NCBI RefSeq assembly: GCF_036321535.1
Contig: NC_087436.1
Coordinates: 67,272,001-67,336,000, forward strand
DNA: 64,000 nucleotides
Direction of reading: 5' to 3'
DNA from: Camelus dromedarius
Lineage: Eukaryota
Below are positions 27,100 through 40,320 of this stretch, piece by piece. Under the pieces are notes generated by a model. That model made no database searches. It was given only the letters and a program-made list of their open reading frames with translations, and had not been told where the DNA came from. Each line of letters opens with the position of its first letter. Position 1 is the stretch's first letter. Made by a program: the position numbers and the translations under genes.

Positions 27100-27720
27100 T
27101 GATTCATTTATATATTCATCCAATTAATAGCAAAGATTTCTTCATTGTCAACATAGTGCATTAGTTGTTTATATGCTATTATGTACTGGGGATATTGAAT
27201 ATGACATAACATTAACATTTTTAATATTATGGTGATTGGCATTTTACAGGCAGAAACAGGATGTTATAGGAACACAGAGAAAGGCACCTGACTTAGAAAG
27301 GCAAGGGGCTTAGCAAAGGTATACCGAACTCTTGAATCATCTCTAGAATGTTGAGGAGTCCAGTGAATGAGGGGAAAATGGTATCTCTGGTAGATTAAAT
27401 GGTACATGAAAAGGTTTCAATGTATGGGAGTCATTCAGGAATGGATAATGTATGATCCATTCAGGAAAAATAAATTGCTTCTTTTTTATTTTTTTTTTTC
27501 AGAGGAAGGAAGGATTTATTACTTGCAGCAAGTAGGGAGAACAACGGGGATCTTTTCCAAAGCAGTGTCTCCGAAAATTGCTTCTTATAACTGATGAATG
27601 AATACTTGTGGAGACCCTGTAGCAGGTGAGTCTGGAAGGGTAGGAGGGATGGGACTCATGAAAGGCTTTATGTGCTTCTCAAAGGGTTTAATATTTTAGT
27701 AAAAAAAAAAAAAAGGAAAA
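27100..27720 (-). mobile_element. L2 remnant (interrupted by a short retrocopy)
   Basis: ttcatccaattaatagcaaagattt...gatgttataggaacacagagaaaggcacctgac...catgaaaggctttatgtgc resembles antisense L2. Confidence 0.55.
27484..27574 (-). mobile_element. Short polyadenylated retrocopy of a non-L1 (LTR R-region-like) transcript end
   Basis: Perfect 12-bp TSD aaattgcttctt (27472-27483, 27575-27586). Minus strand has AATAAA (27520-27515) 15 nt before a ~16-nt A tail. Confidence 0.85.
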
Positions 27721-29519
27721 TTTTGAATTTTCTTTAAGAAGCAAGGGAATACATTACTGTTTGCTTAATTTAAGATATTCCTCAAAATACTATACAGTGT
27801 GTCTAAGATAATTTTTTCCAATGTTCAAAGATATTAAATTTCTCTATATTGGACTTGGCCCTAGTTAGCCTGACTCTGTATATCTCAATTAGAAGTTTTA
27901 GTCAAAGGAAGAGATGAGTTTACATAATTGGATATGGATAATTATAAATATTGGGTACTCTCAACATTCTGCAATTTTTGAATATATGTTCAGTTTCTAA
28001 TATTTAATTTATGGAAAAATGAAGAGTGATAAATTTAAAGAAGAAGATATATGTATTTAAAAGTTATTTTAAAGTATTAAGTATCTTTATTGGAGAAAGT
28101 ATGGCAAATGCCCATTTAAGATAGAGAATCCATTGTCAATTCCTGATATAAATAGCCAGCATTGTAAACTATTAAGTGAACATATTAGTGATTCATCATT
28201 TCCATAGAAGTCTGTAGATGTTTGGCTGTCATCAATACTGAAGTAATCACTAATTAACCATGGACAGTAGAGTTAAGACAGTTAATGAAATGGGTTGTTG
28301 TCTTCACAAAATCGCCAACTGATGAGATGATTTCAGAGAGTTTCTGAGGAGAGTAAGAAAAGGGATGAAATTCAAATGTGAGCAGTTGACATTAATTCTT
28401 ATGTTCCCTGAGTTGTATAGTTACATAAAAGGTAAAGGAACAGATGCAGAAGAAAGACTTTGGTTTGTATCCCACACATCCTCTTTTTTAGATCTACGAC
28501 TAATGGGCTCTATATCACTAACCACAAGCCTCTATTCAACTTGAATTCATTTACTGAAAAGTTAGGATAATGTTCCTACAACCTAACCTCAGTAGATTAA
28601 TAGGAGAAGCAAAATAAAAGTGATTATACAGCAAATGCAAATGTTCCTGTAAAATATTAACCTAAATTTTTGTGTATGTCATAAGAAAAATTCATTTCAA
28701 AGGAAAATTTCGCTTACATTCAACTTCCCTGAAGTAATAATGAGCTTTGAATTCAATGTTAGGTTCTAATTTCCTTAAATAGAAAGGTTTTATGTAAAAT
28801 CAATGTAAGCTTTATAATAGGATACTTTTATTATGTAGTCTGAGGCCAGCCAGGAGACAGAAGCTAATTTGCTAGTATATTTTACTGAATTTGCTAAGAA
28901 TAATAAGTGCCCACCATGAGATTTTAAAAATCCACTTGGAGCCTCTTTGTCAAAGGCCAGAGGAGTAGAAATCAAGTATTTCCAGGCATAACTACCTCCT
29001 AAATAAACCTTGCAGTAATTAGGAACCCCTAATAAGAGGTTTTCATTGTGCAATAAGATGGATAGAGGCAGGAAGTGTTTATAACCTTGTCTTGAATTTA
29101 ACCAATACTTTGGGCAAGAAGAATGTAATGTTCATCAGAATGTATTTTCTCATTTACGTTAAATCCTTCGAGTCACATATTTAAAATGTAACACAATACA
29201 TTTATATACTAACATCTAACAAAAATAATATAGTTTATGATAAGGTCAGTAAAACATTTGTGATAGATAAATAGATTTGTCCAACAGAAAGCAGCATTCT
29301 TTAACTACTCCTAATTTGGGCAAAGGAAAAGATATTATACTTCTAAAATTTATTTGAAAGCCCTTTTTTGTTAGATTTTGCATTTTCTCAAACTCAATAT
29401 CTATATTAATCTTGTTGACAATATGTTGTTGCTTTTCATTCAAATTAAAATTTAAATAAGGTGATACTTTAAAAAAAATATTTGACTTAGTATCATGAAT
29501 ATTTATATGGCAGACACTT

Positions 29520-29780
29520 ACTTGGACCTCCAAGGGCCCCTTCCAGAAAGCATTCACTTACCAGCTGCAGAAGAGTGATTAGCAGACAGACTCCAATTGT
29601 CTGCACCCTCAGGATCTGCCTTGGGGTCCTATGAGAGGTGCTTTTTTTTTCTAGCGGGGCTCCTAGTCAATGACTGAGGTGCTGGTGGTACAAGAACCTA
29701 AATATTTTTGTCCAACATGCCATTTCTCTGAGGAGTGATCTTTGCTTCAGAACTCCCCTTTGGGCTGGCATGTTTACATT
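29520..29780 (+). mobile_element. ERVL 5' LTR remnant (LTR16-like)
   Basis: ccagctgcagaagagtgattagcagacagactcc...ccctcaggatctgccttgggg...cctagtcaatgactgag, directly upstream of ERVL internal sequence. Confidence 0.5.
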
Positions 29781-29789
29781 CTTTTCCCA

Positions 29790-30960
29790 AGGATGGATTA
29801 AAAAGTGAGGGCAATTAAGAGGCAAATAAAACTAAATATGAGAATCAGAGAGTCTCTTTAGTAATTTACAAGAAACCTCATGTTAGGCAGTAGGTAAGGA
29901 GAAAATGCTAAACATCAACTCTAGGATTTAAATTCAGAATGCTGAACTTAAAGATAATTGAATTCTCAACCCAAGCAAACCAGCTATGCCAAGATCAGGT
30001 CTCTTACTCAGAAAACTTGAGCTGCTGATAGGGATAACTCAAAAGATTTTGGTTCCCCATTCTTTTCATACTTCTCTGTGTGGAAAGATTAAATAAAGTT
30101 TTCCTCAGCAAGGTAACAGGTGCTCCTTTCATGAAATACTCCCACCTCCTCTTAGGCACATTGGACTTATAAGCAGAGTTAATTTACGTTCTGAAGGACT
30201 CTGGATCCCCCAGACATCACATCACATTGAGCTACTGTGTTGAGGCATCATGCTGACTGTACAGCAAAAACAGAGGATTGCTCCAGTACTGGGAGACCTG
30301 TGAGACCCACCTGATTCAAAGGGTGGAATTAAGCTCTACAGAAATTCAGAGACATAAACAATAAAAAAAACTGAAAATTAAAAAAAAAATAAGTAAAAAT
30401 TTAAAAATTCAGGGACATGCCATTTCAATGAAGTATTTAGAGATCTGTTGGTCAGAGGCATGATGGGTAATTCTTTCAAATAAACAGAAAAATTGTACCA
30501 CCTTGTATTTTACTGCAAAGAAGTAGGCACAACATTTAATAGATCCTTACACATTATGAAAGTTAACATTTCACTCATGGGAATGCTGCTCTGGTCCATA
30601 TACAAGGTAACAAGGAAGGCTCTGGGTGTATGCAGGTTGTGATGCAAGCAGTCTTTCCCCATGGGCTAGATGCTCCAGCAACATGTAGTATTGTGCTGCA
30701 TGAATCATTATTTAAGAAAAAAATGCTGTGTGGTGTTTATGGCAAACCCTGGAAAAGACTGAAAACACAGGTCGCTAGAACAAGGCTCTGCAATCTGTAG
30801 CAAAGAATTATTTGTCTATTGAAAACAGCTACTGGCACGTGGCTGAGGACTGATAGAGATAGAATACTTGACCATAGAACACCAAGTAATCTTGGCTCTG
30901 AAGCTGACCACTGTGGTCTCAGTTCTTTTGAACCCATCAAGTCATATGTCTTGGCTGATA
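29790..30960 (+). mobile_element. Degenerate ERVL internal region including a pol (RT) remnant
   Basis: From 30404 it translates KIQGHAISMKYLEICWSEA*, resembling ERVL RT KIQGPATSVKFLGVQWSGAC. Upstream aaagggtggaatt resembles RGWEIN. Multiple stops and frameshifts. Confidence 0.7.
30356..30404 (+). mobile_element. Poly(A)-only retro-insertion
   Basis: 49-bp A-rich tract between 14-bp TSDs aaattcag(a/g)gacat (30342-30355, 30405-30418). Confidence 0.8.
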
Positions 30961-31129
30961 CTGTAGAGTTTTAGCATATAGACCTTAGAAGTCATGAATG
31001 TGTATAAGAAAACAAGACAAAAAAGAAAGAAGAGAAACAGTCTAAAAGTGATGTCCTGATCAACAACACTATTTAAGTAGTAAGTAAAGAAGAAAATTCT
31101 TGTAAATATTTTTCAGCTTTTGGCTTGGG

Positions 31130-31690
31130 GGCATCTGAAACCTTTTCTATCACTGAGGAATTTTCAACATAATGAGTCTTGCAGGTAGTCAAACCCCATA
31201 TCTCACTGTAGAAGTCAGAAAAGCTAGATACAGATTTTTTTTTTCCCGTGATCCTTAAAGCAGGGGAGCTTGTACATGATCTAGATTCAACTGGTCAGAT
31301 TCCTCCCCGTTCTATCTTCAAACTGAATCAGGAGCTAGTTTTAAGAGAAAAGAGACAGAGAAAACATCCCAGTGGTGCTGACAGAAGTGGTAGCATCCAG
31401 ATAACAGGTTCCGCAGCGGCAGCAGCAACTGCCGAAGTCTTCACTCTCCTGCAGCAGCAGCGAATGCAGCCCCAGCTGCAGCAGGACAGCTCTTTTCCAC
31501 GTGGGCCTGGTTCTCGAATCTAATTTCCATCAGTCCAGCAGCTGCCTCATGTCTCTTGTTTCTGACAGTTCTCAAATTTAGTTTAGCACCTTTTTAGTGA
31601 CACCCTTAGCCACCAAACACTCAATAAAAGTGTTCTATGTAAGTGGGGATGAGTTATTTTGTTATTTGCTTCAAATAACAAACTGATATG
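31130..31690 (+). mobile_element. ERVL-type LTR remnant (LTR33-like)
   Basis: ttcccgtgatccttaaagcagggg...tacatgatctagattcaactggtcagat, a GCA-rich middle, and aataaaag near the 3' end. Confidence 0.45.
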
Positions 31691-32499
31691 GAGTAACAGT
31701 GCATGAACAGACTCAGATAAATGAGGAAAAGTAGAATAGGTGGCCTGAAGAAAAATAAAAAAATGTATGTGGAACCCTGTATTCCTCCCTTGCTTTCAAC
31801 CTGTGTATCCAAACTTCTAGCTAGACCCTGCTGTCTTATCTTCTAAACATATTCTCCAAATATACTTTATGTATTTTCCATCTCCATCGATATGACTCAG
31901 TACAAGCCACATCTCTTATTTATTTTTATGAAATGTTTGTGTAAATGTCCTGTCTAGTTCCCAAATTAATTAAAAGCTTTTCGTAAGAGAGTGGCTGAAA
32001 AATTTGGAAATCCAAGAGAGAGATTATAAAGTTTTTTTGAAAGCTTTATTTTCTACTTAAGAAAGCATTAAGTATTTAATCAGATATTAACAGCAGTCAA
32101 TTTCCCAGCCCTCTTTTTTCAGGCCTTGAAGTTACAGGAGAATTGCAAAAGCCTCTTCATCCCCCGCTCTGTTTCGTCTATGAAAAGCAGAGATAAATTT
32201 CAACTGTTGTCAAATTACCTGGAAAAATTGTGTTACTATTTTTTTCTCTCTTGTGGTGACCAGCCTCTTTCAGTTCAGTGATTGACAGAGATACCATATT
32301 ATGCTTTTCCTTTTTCCTGCTGAGCATGTAAAGACTGACTTCCTATATTTCTTAGAAAAGAGATTACAGTGTGGCAAGTCTGGAAAATTCTCATAACACA
32401 GTTGATTTATAAAGACTACAGAATGCTTCCTCTCCCAATTATTACTTCTGTAAGCACATAAAATAAACATCTTAAACTCTTTTCCCACTGCTCTGAGAA

Positions 32500-33000
32500 A
32501 ATTTGGAAAGTTCATAGTTTGGAAGAAGCTGTAATTGAATCTATCTGTGCCTGTGAATTTCAGTTTGTTTTCTTCTATTTTTTTATTTTTTACTTTTTAT
32601 GAAAGGTTTTTAACAGCAGATTTTATTTCTTTAATAGATAATCAGACTACCCTAAATGTCCATTTCTTCTGCTGTTACCTTTATTAAGATACATTTTTCC
32701 AAGAATTTGTCCATTTTTCCACATTGTCAGATTTTTGCCATGCATTTATAATATCCTCTCTAAATATCTTTTTGATGTCTGCAGATTTGCAGTGATATTA
32801 TAGTAAGATCATCACCAATATTAAGTAATTTATCTTTTCTCTTATTATATCAATCTTGGTAGGCATTTATCAGTTTTAATAATGTTATTTCAAACAAATT
32901 TTGGCATCTTTCTTTTGATTTATGTCTTTTTATTTTATGAATCTCTGCTTTTATATTTATTTTTAGATTTTCTACTTTTTTATAAAGACAAAATGCTTTT
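32500..33000 (-). mobile_element. Old L1M ORF2 (EN-proximal) remnant
   Basis: tgaatctatctgtgcctgtga...tttctttaatagataatcagact...ccaagaatttgtccattttt...aatatcctctctaaatatctttttgatgtctgcag is antisense L1M. Confidence 0.6.
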
Positions 33001-33029
33001 TTAGCATAACGAATATGATGATACCCAAG

Positions 33030-33290
33030 CATTAATTTTTAATGTAGGTTTACAAGAAAATGAAAGGAGCAGAAGATTGAGTGTGTCTGTTCTCATTAAG
33101 AACACTTCTCTGAATTAGTTCATAAATTTCTGTTTGTATTTCAGGGACCAAATTTTAATTAAATGAACTCTCCCATGCAAGACAAGTTACAAAATACAGT
33201 TTTTCTTCTTTTGGCAATAGGTCTAACTAAGGATAAGTCAAAAGATGGTGAGAACACATATTGGGATAAGCAGCAAGTAATCTCCACTGG
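33030..33290 (-). mobile_element. Old MaLR LTR fragment
   Basis: tttcagggaccaaa...cccatgcaagacaagttacaaaatacagt...gggataagcagcaagtaatctccac. Confidence 0.35.
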
Positions 33291-36200
33291 ACACTGAAAT
33301 AACAGTAAAGAAAAATAATTAAAAAGGATTATCTCTGGGCTAGAGAGTGAATGTGTTGGAGGTAGTAGAAAACATTTACTTTTAATTACAACTTAGAGAA
33401 AATGCTATAAGAAAACATTCAATAGCTGTTAAAATTGTGTAGAATAAGGATATATAATAACATAGAATGACACAATACATGCATTAATAGACTATATTTA
33501 ACAAAATAATCAGCATGATACTGTTATTTTTGTTACATATATGTGTGTGTATATATATATATATGTATGCATACAAATAAATAAACATACACTATTTTAG
33601 AAAGAAATATGTCCTTTGTTTATTTAGTATTTTTATCCATTTGTCCTAACACATTGCACTATTTACATATGAATTAAAAATTGTGTGTGTACATATATAT
33701 ATATAGTACAGAAGTATATGTAACATAAGCCAGTCACTGAAAATCAAATGTAAATCTGTATGATTCAAATTCAGGTGAAAGGATTCTAGGCTACTATCAT
33801 TAAAGGAATTTTTCTCTTTTCAAAGGAATTCTCTTTTCTGCATAGAAGAATGTTACATACAGTATTTCATGCAGAATATTACATCTGTGCATTGAAGGGA
33901 TATTACAACTTCAAGAAGTATTTAGAAACGACAGTAGTAGTAAATCACTGAGTTTATTATTCAGAAGATCTTGTAAGTAGAAACAATTTTAGTCTCTTTT
34001 TGTTATTGCATCATTAGCTCCACCATATCCAAATGGTAATACATGCAAATATAAGAAAAATGATTAATTACCAGTGTTAGCTCTATATGAAACACTGGTT
34101 GAACTAGATAGACTAGTGAGGAATATAAAATGACCTAGAGAGAAGCCATCTGTATTTCTGTCCAACTCTTTAAAGCATTTCTCCTGCTGTCATTATCACA
34201 GTGTTCAATAACAATGTAACAGAAGCTTTATCACCAGGAAATCATGGATGTATTTAATGCCTTCTTGATATGCTTCTGTTGCCTCTTGAAACATTTCTGG
34301 GATAATTGTCTTTACTAGGCATATTTCCATATCTTCTTGGAATCTACAACATGGATTTTTACAAATCTCTGAAAAGACATCAATATATCAGTCTAAAACC
34401 AAGTCATATACACCAAAAGGCAAGAAATGGAAATTACTGAAATGAATGTTGCTCTCAGTATCAAACCAATGATTCATCTGATTGTGTTTATATAGTTTAT
34501 TACTTGACTGATAGATGCTTTGTATAAAATTGATTAATCAATTTGCTATTTATGGCCAATCCCTATTTCACAAGATTTTTTATGTATTTAAAGTTTAATA
34601 TAACAAATCTTGTCAGGTATCTGTCTCTAGCTTTAGTAATAATTAATATTTTGCCAACATATCTCCCTTATATAATCAATTGTGTAGTTTAGATCATTAC
34701 ATACTCATTTGTGATGTTATCCATTACTACAAAATGTGTGTCAAAATATCTTATGAAACTGAAATTAATTCTGTCAAGTTCAGCTCTCTATATTGTGGGG
34801 TACTTTAGGAATAGTAGAGAATTGTAGAATTGCTCAAAACTCCTGGTGATGTTTTTCTTCTGTTACTATATAGAGATCATATTTTTTAAAATCACAAATA
34901 ATCAACTATGTTATGGACAAAGAAATAGATAGATGATATTAATATTGCTATTCCTCAGCAATCCAGCATCTTCCCAATAGACTTTTGTTATTTTAGTGGA
35001 GTAGCTTTTCTCATTTTTACTTTAAAAGTTTCTAAGAGCTTACATTTTATTTGTGTCATTGTAAGCAGTTTATACTTATTAATTCTAATTTATCTCATCT
35101 GCAAATCTATGTCTTTAATTTAGTGAAATTAGTTCCATTGTTATTTTATAGTCAAATGGTCTGCCCCTGATTCACATTGTTGGTATTATCGACAGTGTGT
35201 TAAGATTTGTTTTTAGCACATTTTTGTACTTTCCCTTTATTCAATTCAATCTGATTTTTCAATTTTCTTTTCTTTTCTTTCCTATCTTTTTTAGGAAGGG
35301 GTAGGGAGGCAGGGGTAATCAAAGGTTTTAATTTTTATTCTTTCCTATTTACTGGTTTGCTATTTATTTATATTTTACATGATACACATATTTAACAGTT
35401 TTCAAGATAAAACAGAAATAATCAAACACTTTAATATTAGATGAAATTAAAATAATAGATGAATTAACCAAAGGATGAAATAATGGATATGGGGCAGAAT
35501 CATCTCATGGGTGCTCAGTATAGAAATGCTGTTTTTTGGAAGAAGACGTATATTCCATCTTGTGTTTTCTTTAATCTGTGTAATATTCAAAATATTTTGT
35601 CTTTCATCTCTTTGGTGTTGATTTCCTCAGAAAAATTGAAGAACAAGAAACAAATCTTGTATTAGCTTCATTAGTAAGCATGCCATTTAATTGACATTGA
35701 ATTGACATTTGGGATAAAATAAAACAAATAGATTTTTTTTGATGTACTGATGCCAAAACAGATCTTCTCCTATGTGGTAAGAATAATAGGTAAAGTTGAA
35801 ATGTAACAAAAGGGGACCCCACAAAAACCTAAGATAGGGCTCAGCTTCAAATTTTAGAACATAATATCATCAAGTTATTTTACATATATATTTATAAATA
35901 TTGGGGCTATTTACCTATTTATAATTTGCTTTCCAATACTATATTTGGAATACATTATAAAGCTTAAAAAAGTAAACTATTTATAAAAAAAATTCCCTTA
36001 AGAATAGGGTGGTTTTGAATTAAACTAAAGAGGTGGCCTCCCTAGTGGATATATATATGTGGCAGTCACTAAGACTGGATTTCTTAGGCTCCAAGAGGAA
36101 ATTTCTGTATGATTTTGTCATGTAACCAGATGACATAATGTACAGACATTGAGACCCGTCATTTCAGGTACAAAACAGAATGAAGGAACACATATTCCAT

Positions 36201-37249
36201 AATGTAACAAGTTTTCCCAATTAACTGAAGGATGACCTTATTACATCCTTATTTATCCCCCCCAAAAAAATGATATTACAGATTACTTTCAGACAATTAT
36301 TTTTAATTTAAAGTTTTGACCCACAAATATTTTTATGACTACTTATGTGGGGTAAAAGTGATGTATCCGGAATGCAAAAGTTTACCTAAAAATTGAGTTT
36401 TCCCACTAACATGTAGGAGAAATAATATTTACAACTTCCACTTATTAATTATTTAATTTGTGCCAAGTACTGTGCTAAGCATATTACATGCAGAACACAC
36501 ATCTAGTGTAAATAGGAGATAGAAGAAATTGGATCCTAAACCAAATTTCTCTGGATGCCAAAGGAAGTACATGCCAGAATACAAAAGCAACAGTATAGGC
36601 AAGTTTAAATTGCACTTTACATTTTAAATATTGTTTTTCTGACCATTTATAAGTTCATATTATTGTTTTTATTTTCCTTTTCGTTTTTTTTAACTCACTG
36701 ATTACCTGGTCCTAATTATCAGACAGACTTCCGTGTCTATATTCACCCAAACCAACTTGACTCACTCCTGCTCTGTTACACTTAAATTCGTCTTAATTAT
36801 GATCTTGTTCCGTGCTACCTTTACTTCTCTTTGGCTACTTGACCAAGACTTTAGGTTCATCTTATACATATGTTGCTCAATTCTAGTCTACCACAACTGG
36901 AATTTTTAACTGTTGTTCAAGGTCATTACCCTTTGGAGGACAATTTTCTTTCTCAACTTTCAAATTTCAGATTTGTGGCCTGAAATATAATATAAATGAA
37001 TCTTGTTCTTACATTCAATAACCTGTATATATTGTTCCTAATTTATACCTTCATGTTTATCATCTGGCTTTCCATATGACCACTTTGATCCATGGTTAAT
37101 ACAACATCTCGGTCTTTGCTCTTTTTTGTTTAAGCTTTTCATTTTATCATGTTGGGATTAAAGGGTTCATATTGAGGGGTGGTTATGATACTTGCAAAGG
37201 ATTTGAAGTTTTCCTATAAGCAAGGGTAGAATTTCAAGTGTGCAGAAGA

Positions 37250-38190
37250 CAAAGTTTATTCCTAAGATAATGGAACTGCTACTGAGGCTTTTTAATTAAG
37301 GGAAGTAATACAAAATCATTTTGTGAAAACTGTCGTATTTTTTTTTTTTATTCATAATGTGTTGACCAGGAAGAAAGAATAGGATAGGAGCATAAAGTTG
37401 GGATCTACTTCAATAAACTGAATGTATAAAGAGGCAGAATCCTGAGCTAAATTTGTAGTACTGTGAATTAAAAGGCAGATATAATTGTGGGTGGCACTAA
37501 AAAGAGAACGCTCTGGTTTATAATATCTTATTTGTTATGGGTGACAAAGAAAAGGTATTGACTAAGGACTATATAAAGTTTTCTTGTCTGAGTGACTGTG
37601 TTGAATGTGTTGAATGTGTTGAATTTGGAATATTAGAAGAATAGGCGTGAGTGGGGAAGTGGATTATGAGTTGCATTTTAGGTATGTTGTACTTGAACGG
37701 ACTAAAAATTTTTGTTCGGAAATGCCTTGAAGCTAGTTGAAAATGAAGTGAAAATTTAAATGAGGAGTCAAATAAATATTGTAAGATTGTTTCAATCTTT
37801 TGGAGGGTAAGTGTTGTCAGAAATTTAAACCTGGAAAACTTTCACATCCAGAGAGTGAGAAGCGAGAAAGCACAGAATGAAGGTGGTGCCTACCCAAAAG
37901 AGCTGTTTTGAGTGGTCTCTTAGTTCTATGTAGATACTTTGGTCACGTTAGTTAGAATCTTAAATAATGTATATGGACACGGGGTAGCACATTGTCATAG
38001 GTGTTTAAGACACTTAAAAAGAAGTAAAGGTGCCAAAAAAGAGTTAGAAACAAGACTGTGTGAATGCAGGGGAAGAGAATTTCCCTGAGTGGAAGCCAAC
38101 ATTGCAAATTCTGACAAGGAGGAAGGTAAGAAAATTAACAGAGAAAATATTGAGTATGGTAATTATTATATCATTAGTGACCTTTGAAAG
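37250..38190 (-). mobile_element. L2 remnant
   Basis: taatggaactgctactgaggctttt...tgagttgcattttaggtatgttgtacttga...tcattagtgacctttgaaag resembles antisense L2. Contains (tgtgttgaa)3 at 37597-37623. Confidence 0.55.
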
Positions 38191-39659
38191 TAGAGTATAA
38201 ACATATACAAATTTAGCAAAGTATGAAGGAAATAGTATCTTTAGAATTTACATCTCTAGCTCCAAAGGATTCTTTTCTCTTTCTATGGTCACTTTTAATA
38301 TTTTGATATAACATCAAAGTGTCATTAATCTTTTTAGCCCTGCTGGAATAATACAGATACTGTGACAGAGTCCAGATACATGTTTTACATTTGTTGGATT
38401 AAAGGCCAGAACTTTTAATTTGGCGAACTGTTCCTTGGATATCAAATTAAATGTTCTGTAATTGCCACTGTGGCAAGTACTTTTTCTTTATGATGTGATC
38501 AGCTCATGCATGTAGTTAAATGGCATATAAACAACAATCAATTCAAATTAAATCGTTCCATTTTTAGATGTAAAACCTACCAAGGCATCTCATATCACAT
38601 AATTGTATAATTCACTTTAATTACATAATGCTCATATGGTGCTAAAAAATTGATAGGCTGACATTAAAGCAAAATGACTTAAACCTATCTTAATGTGAAA
38701 TGCAATGATCACATTACTAATAATAAGATTAGTGCTAAATTTTGGAATTGAATTCCCTAGGAAATTTATGAGTTTTCCCTTAAACAATGTTACCAACATT
38801 CAGAGGAAACCCCAGGAGAAAATAAATTAGCAAAATGTCTATTTATTTGTCACATATTTTTAATATTTTAAAATTCCTTTATTTCCAGCCTGTTGAGATT
38901 GTAAATATATTTGGCCATAAATAGCAGCAATCTCTTTTATAATTAGCCTCCTCTTTAATGATTTATTCAGTAATAAAATAAGCCAGATTCTGGAACTTTG
39001 TTCAGTTCTTCGGGAGTGAAATCTGGCATTACCGAAGTCTTGAGACTAATTGAAAAAAGACAAAATTCCTGCTATCCTGATACTGCATATATTACAGCTA
39101 GAATCAGAAAGGATTTCCTAATTTAGTTATAACCCTAAGACTTCAAGGCAAGAGGACAATTTTTTCTGGCCTATGATATATTTTAAATAGGCTTTTAATG
39201 AAGAGTCAGAAAATACTGATTTTCAGTACTGAACATAAGATATTTATTCAAATAAAAATTGCCCACAAGACACATAACTGGACACAAGACGTAAGTAAAA
39301 GCTGGGCCAAAGCAGGTTTGTTCACTGAGGAAAGTATGTGTGGAGGATTAGGCAGAAAGACAAGATTATCATCTAAGGAATCTTCCAGAAGTTTCCAACA
39401 ACCCTTAACTGCTACTTCTTTGAAAAGATTTTCATAAGTTTTTGTCAGAGGAAACAAAAATGTATTTTATTTTAACATTAAGTTTAAATACATGTTAAAA
39501 AAGCAGTTACCTTACTTGATTTGATTTTCTTTAAAGTATACTTCAAAACATTCATCATGTCTGGACTTACTATATTTTATCAGCAATAAATTTATCTGTG
39601 ACACTCAAAATTTCTCATTTCCTGCCAATTATCTGAGTTCAGTCTGTGTCTCCAAATCT

Positions 39660-40320
39660 TACTTTTTAAATCTTTCTACCTTTCATTATGGAAAATTTCA
39701 CACACTTAACAAAGTAGACATACTAAGATAATGAATGCCGATGTATTCATTTTAATTTTGTATACTTTAACATCAAAACCCCCTAATATCTCCAACATCC
39801 CCAGATTCTTTTCTAAGTAAATTTTGGATAGCACAATATTTCATCTGCAAATATTTAAGTATTAATTGCTAAAAAAAAGACTTTTTAAAATATAGCCACT
39901 ACATTAATAATAATAGTTAATAAAATGTCCAATTAGTTTTCGTTTTACCAGGATTGTCTTTTTTTTTTAACCATTTGTACAAATCAGGGACAAACTAAGT
40001 CCTATACATTATAATTTATCATGTTTCTTTTAATAATTTAATTATTTTTTAATATGTAGATTCTATTTCCATTTCCCCCACCCCCAGAAATTATTTGCCT
40101 CTAACTAGCTGTTTGTCCAATGGGATTTCGTCAAACTTAGATTTACTAATTTCATAATTTAACATCTTCCTTGGGCTTCTCTATTTTCTGTAAATTGGTA
40201 GTTAGACCTAGGAACTCAATCAGATGTGAGTTTCATTTTGTGGAAAGTTTATTTTATAGGAGTTGTGTGTTTCTCTCAGTATGTACATTGGGTCTAGTTT
40301 TACTTTATTTGAGGATACGT
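39660..40320 (-). mobile_element. Old L1M 3' remnant (L1MC/ME-like)
   Basis: ttatggaaaatttcacacact..aaaagtagac...tttcatctgcaaatatttaagt...tctgtaaattggtagttagacctag. Confidence 0.55.

Noticed and set aside
31248..31523. Ala/Gln-rich ORF resembling a transcription-factor exon
   Set aside because: It arises from the GCA-rich core of an LTR-like remnant, starts at GTG and lacks convincing splice sites.
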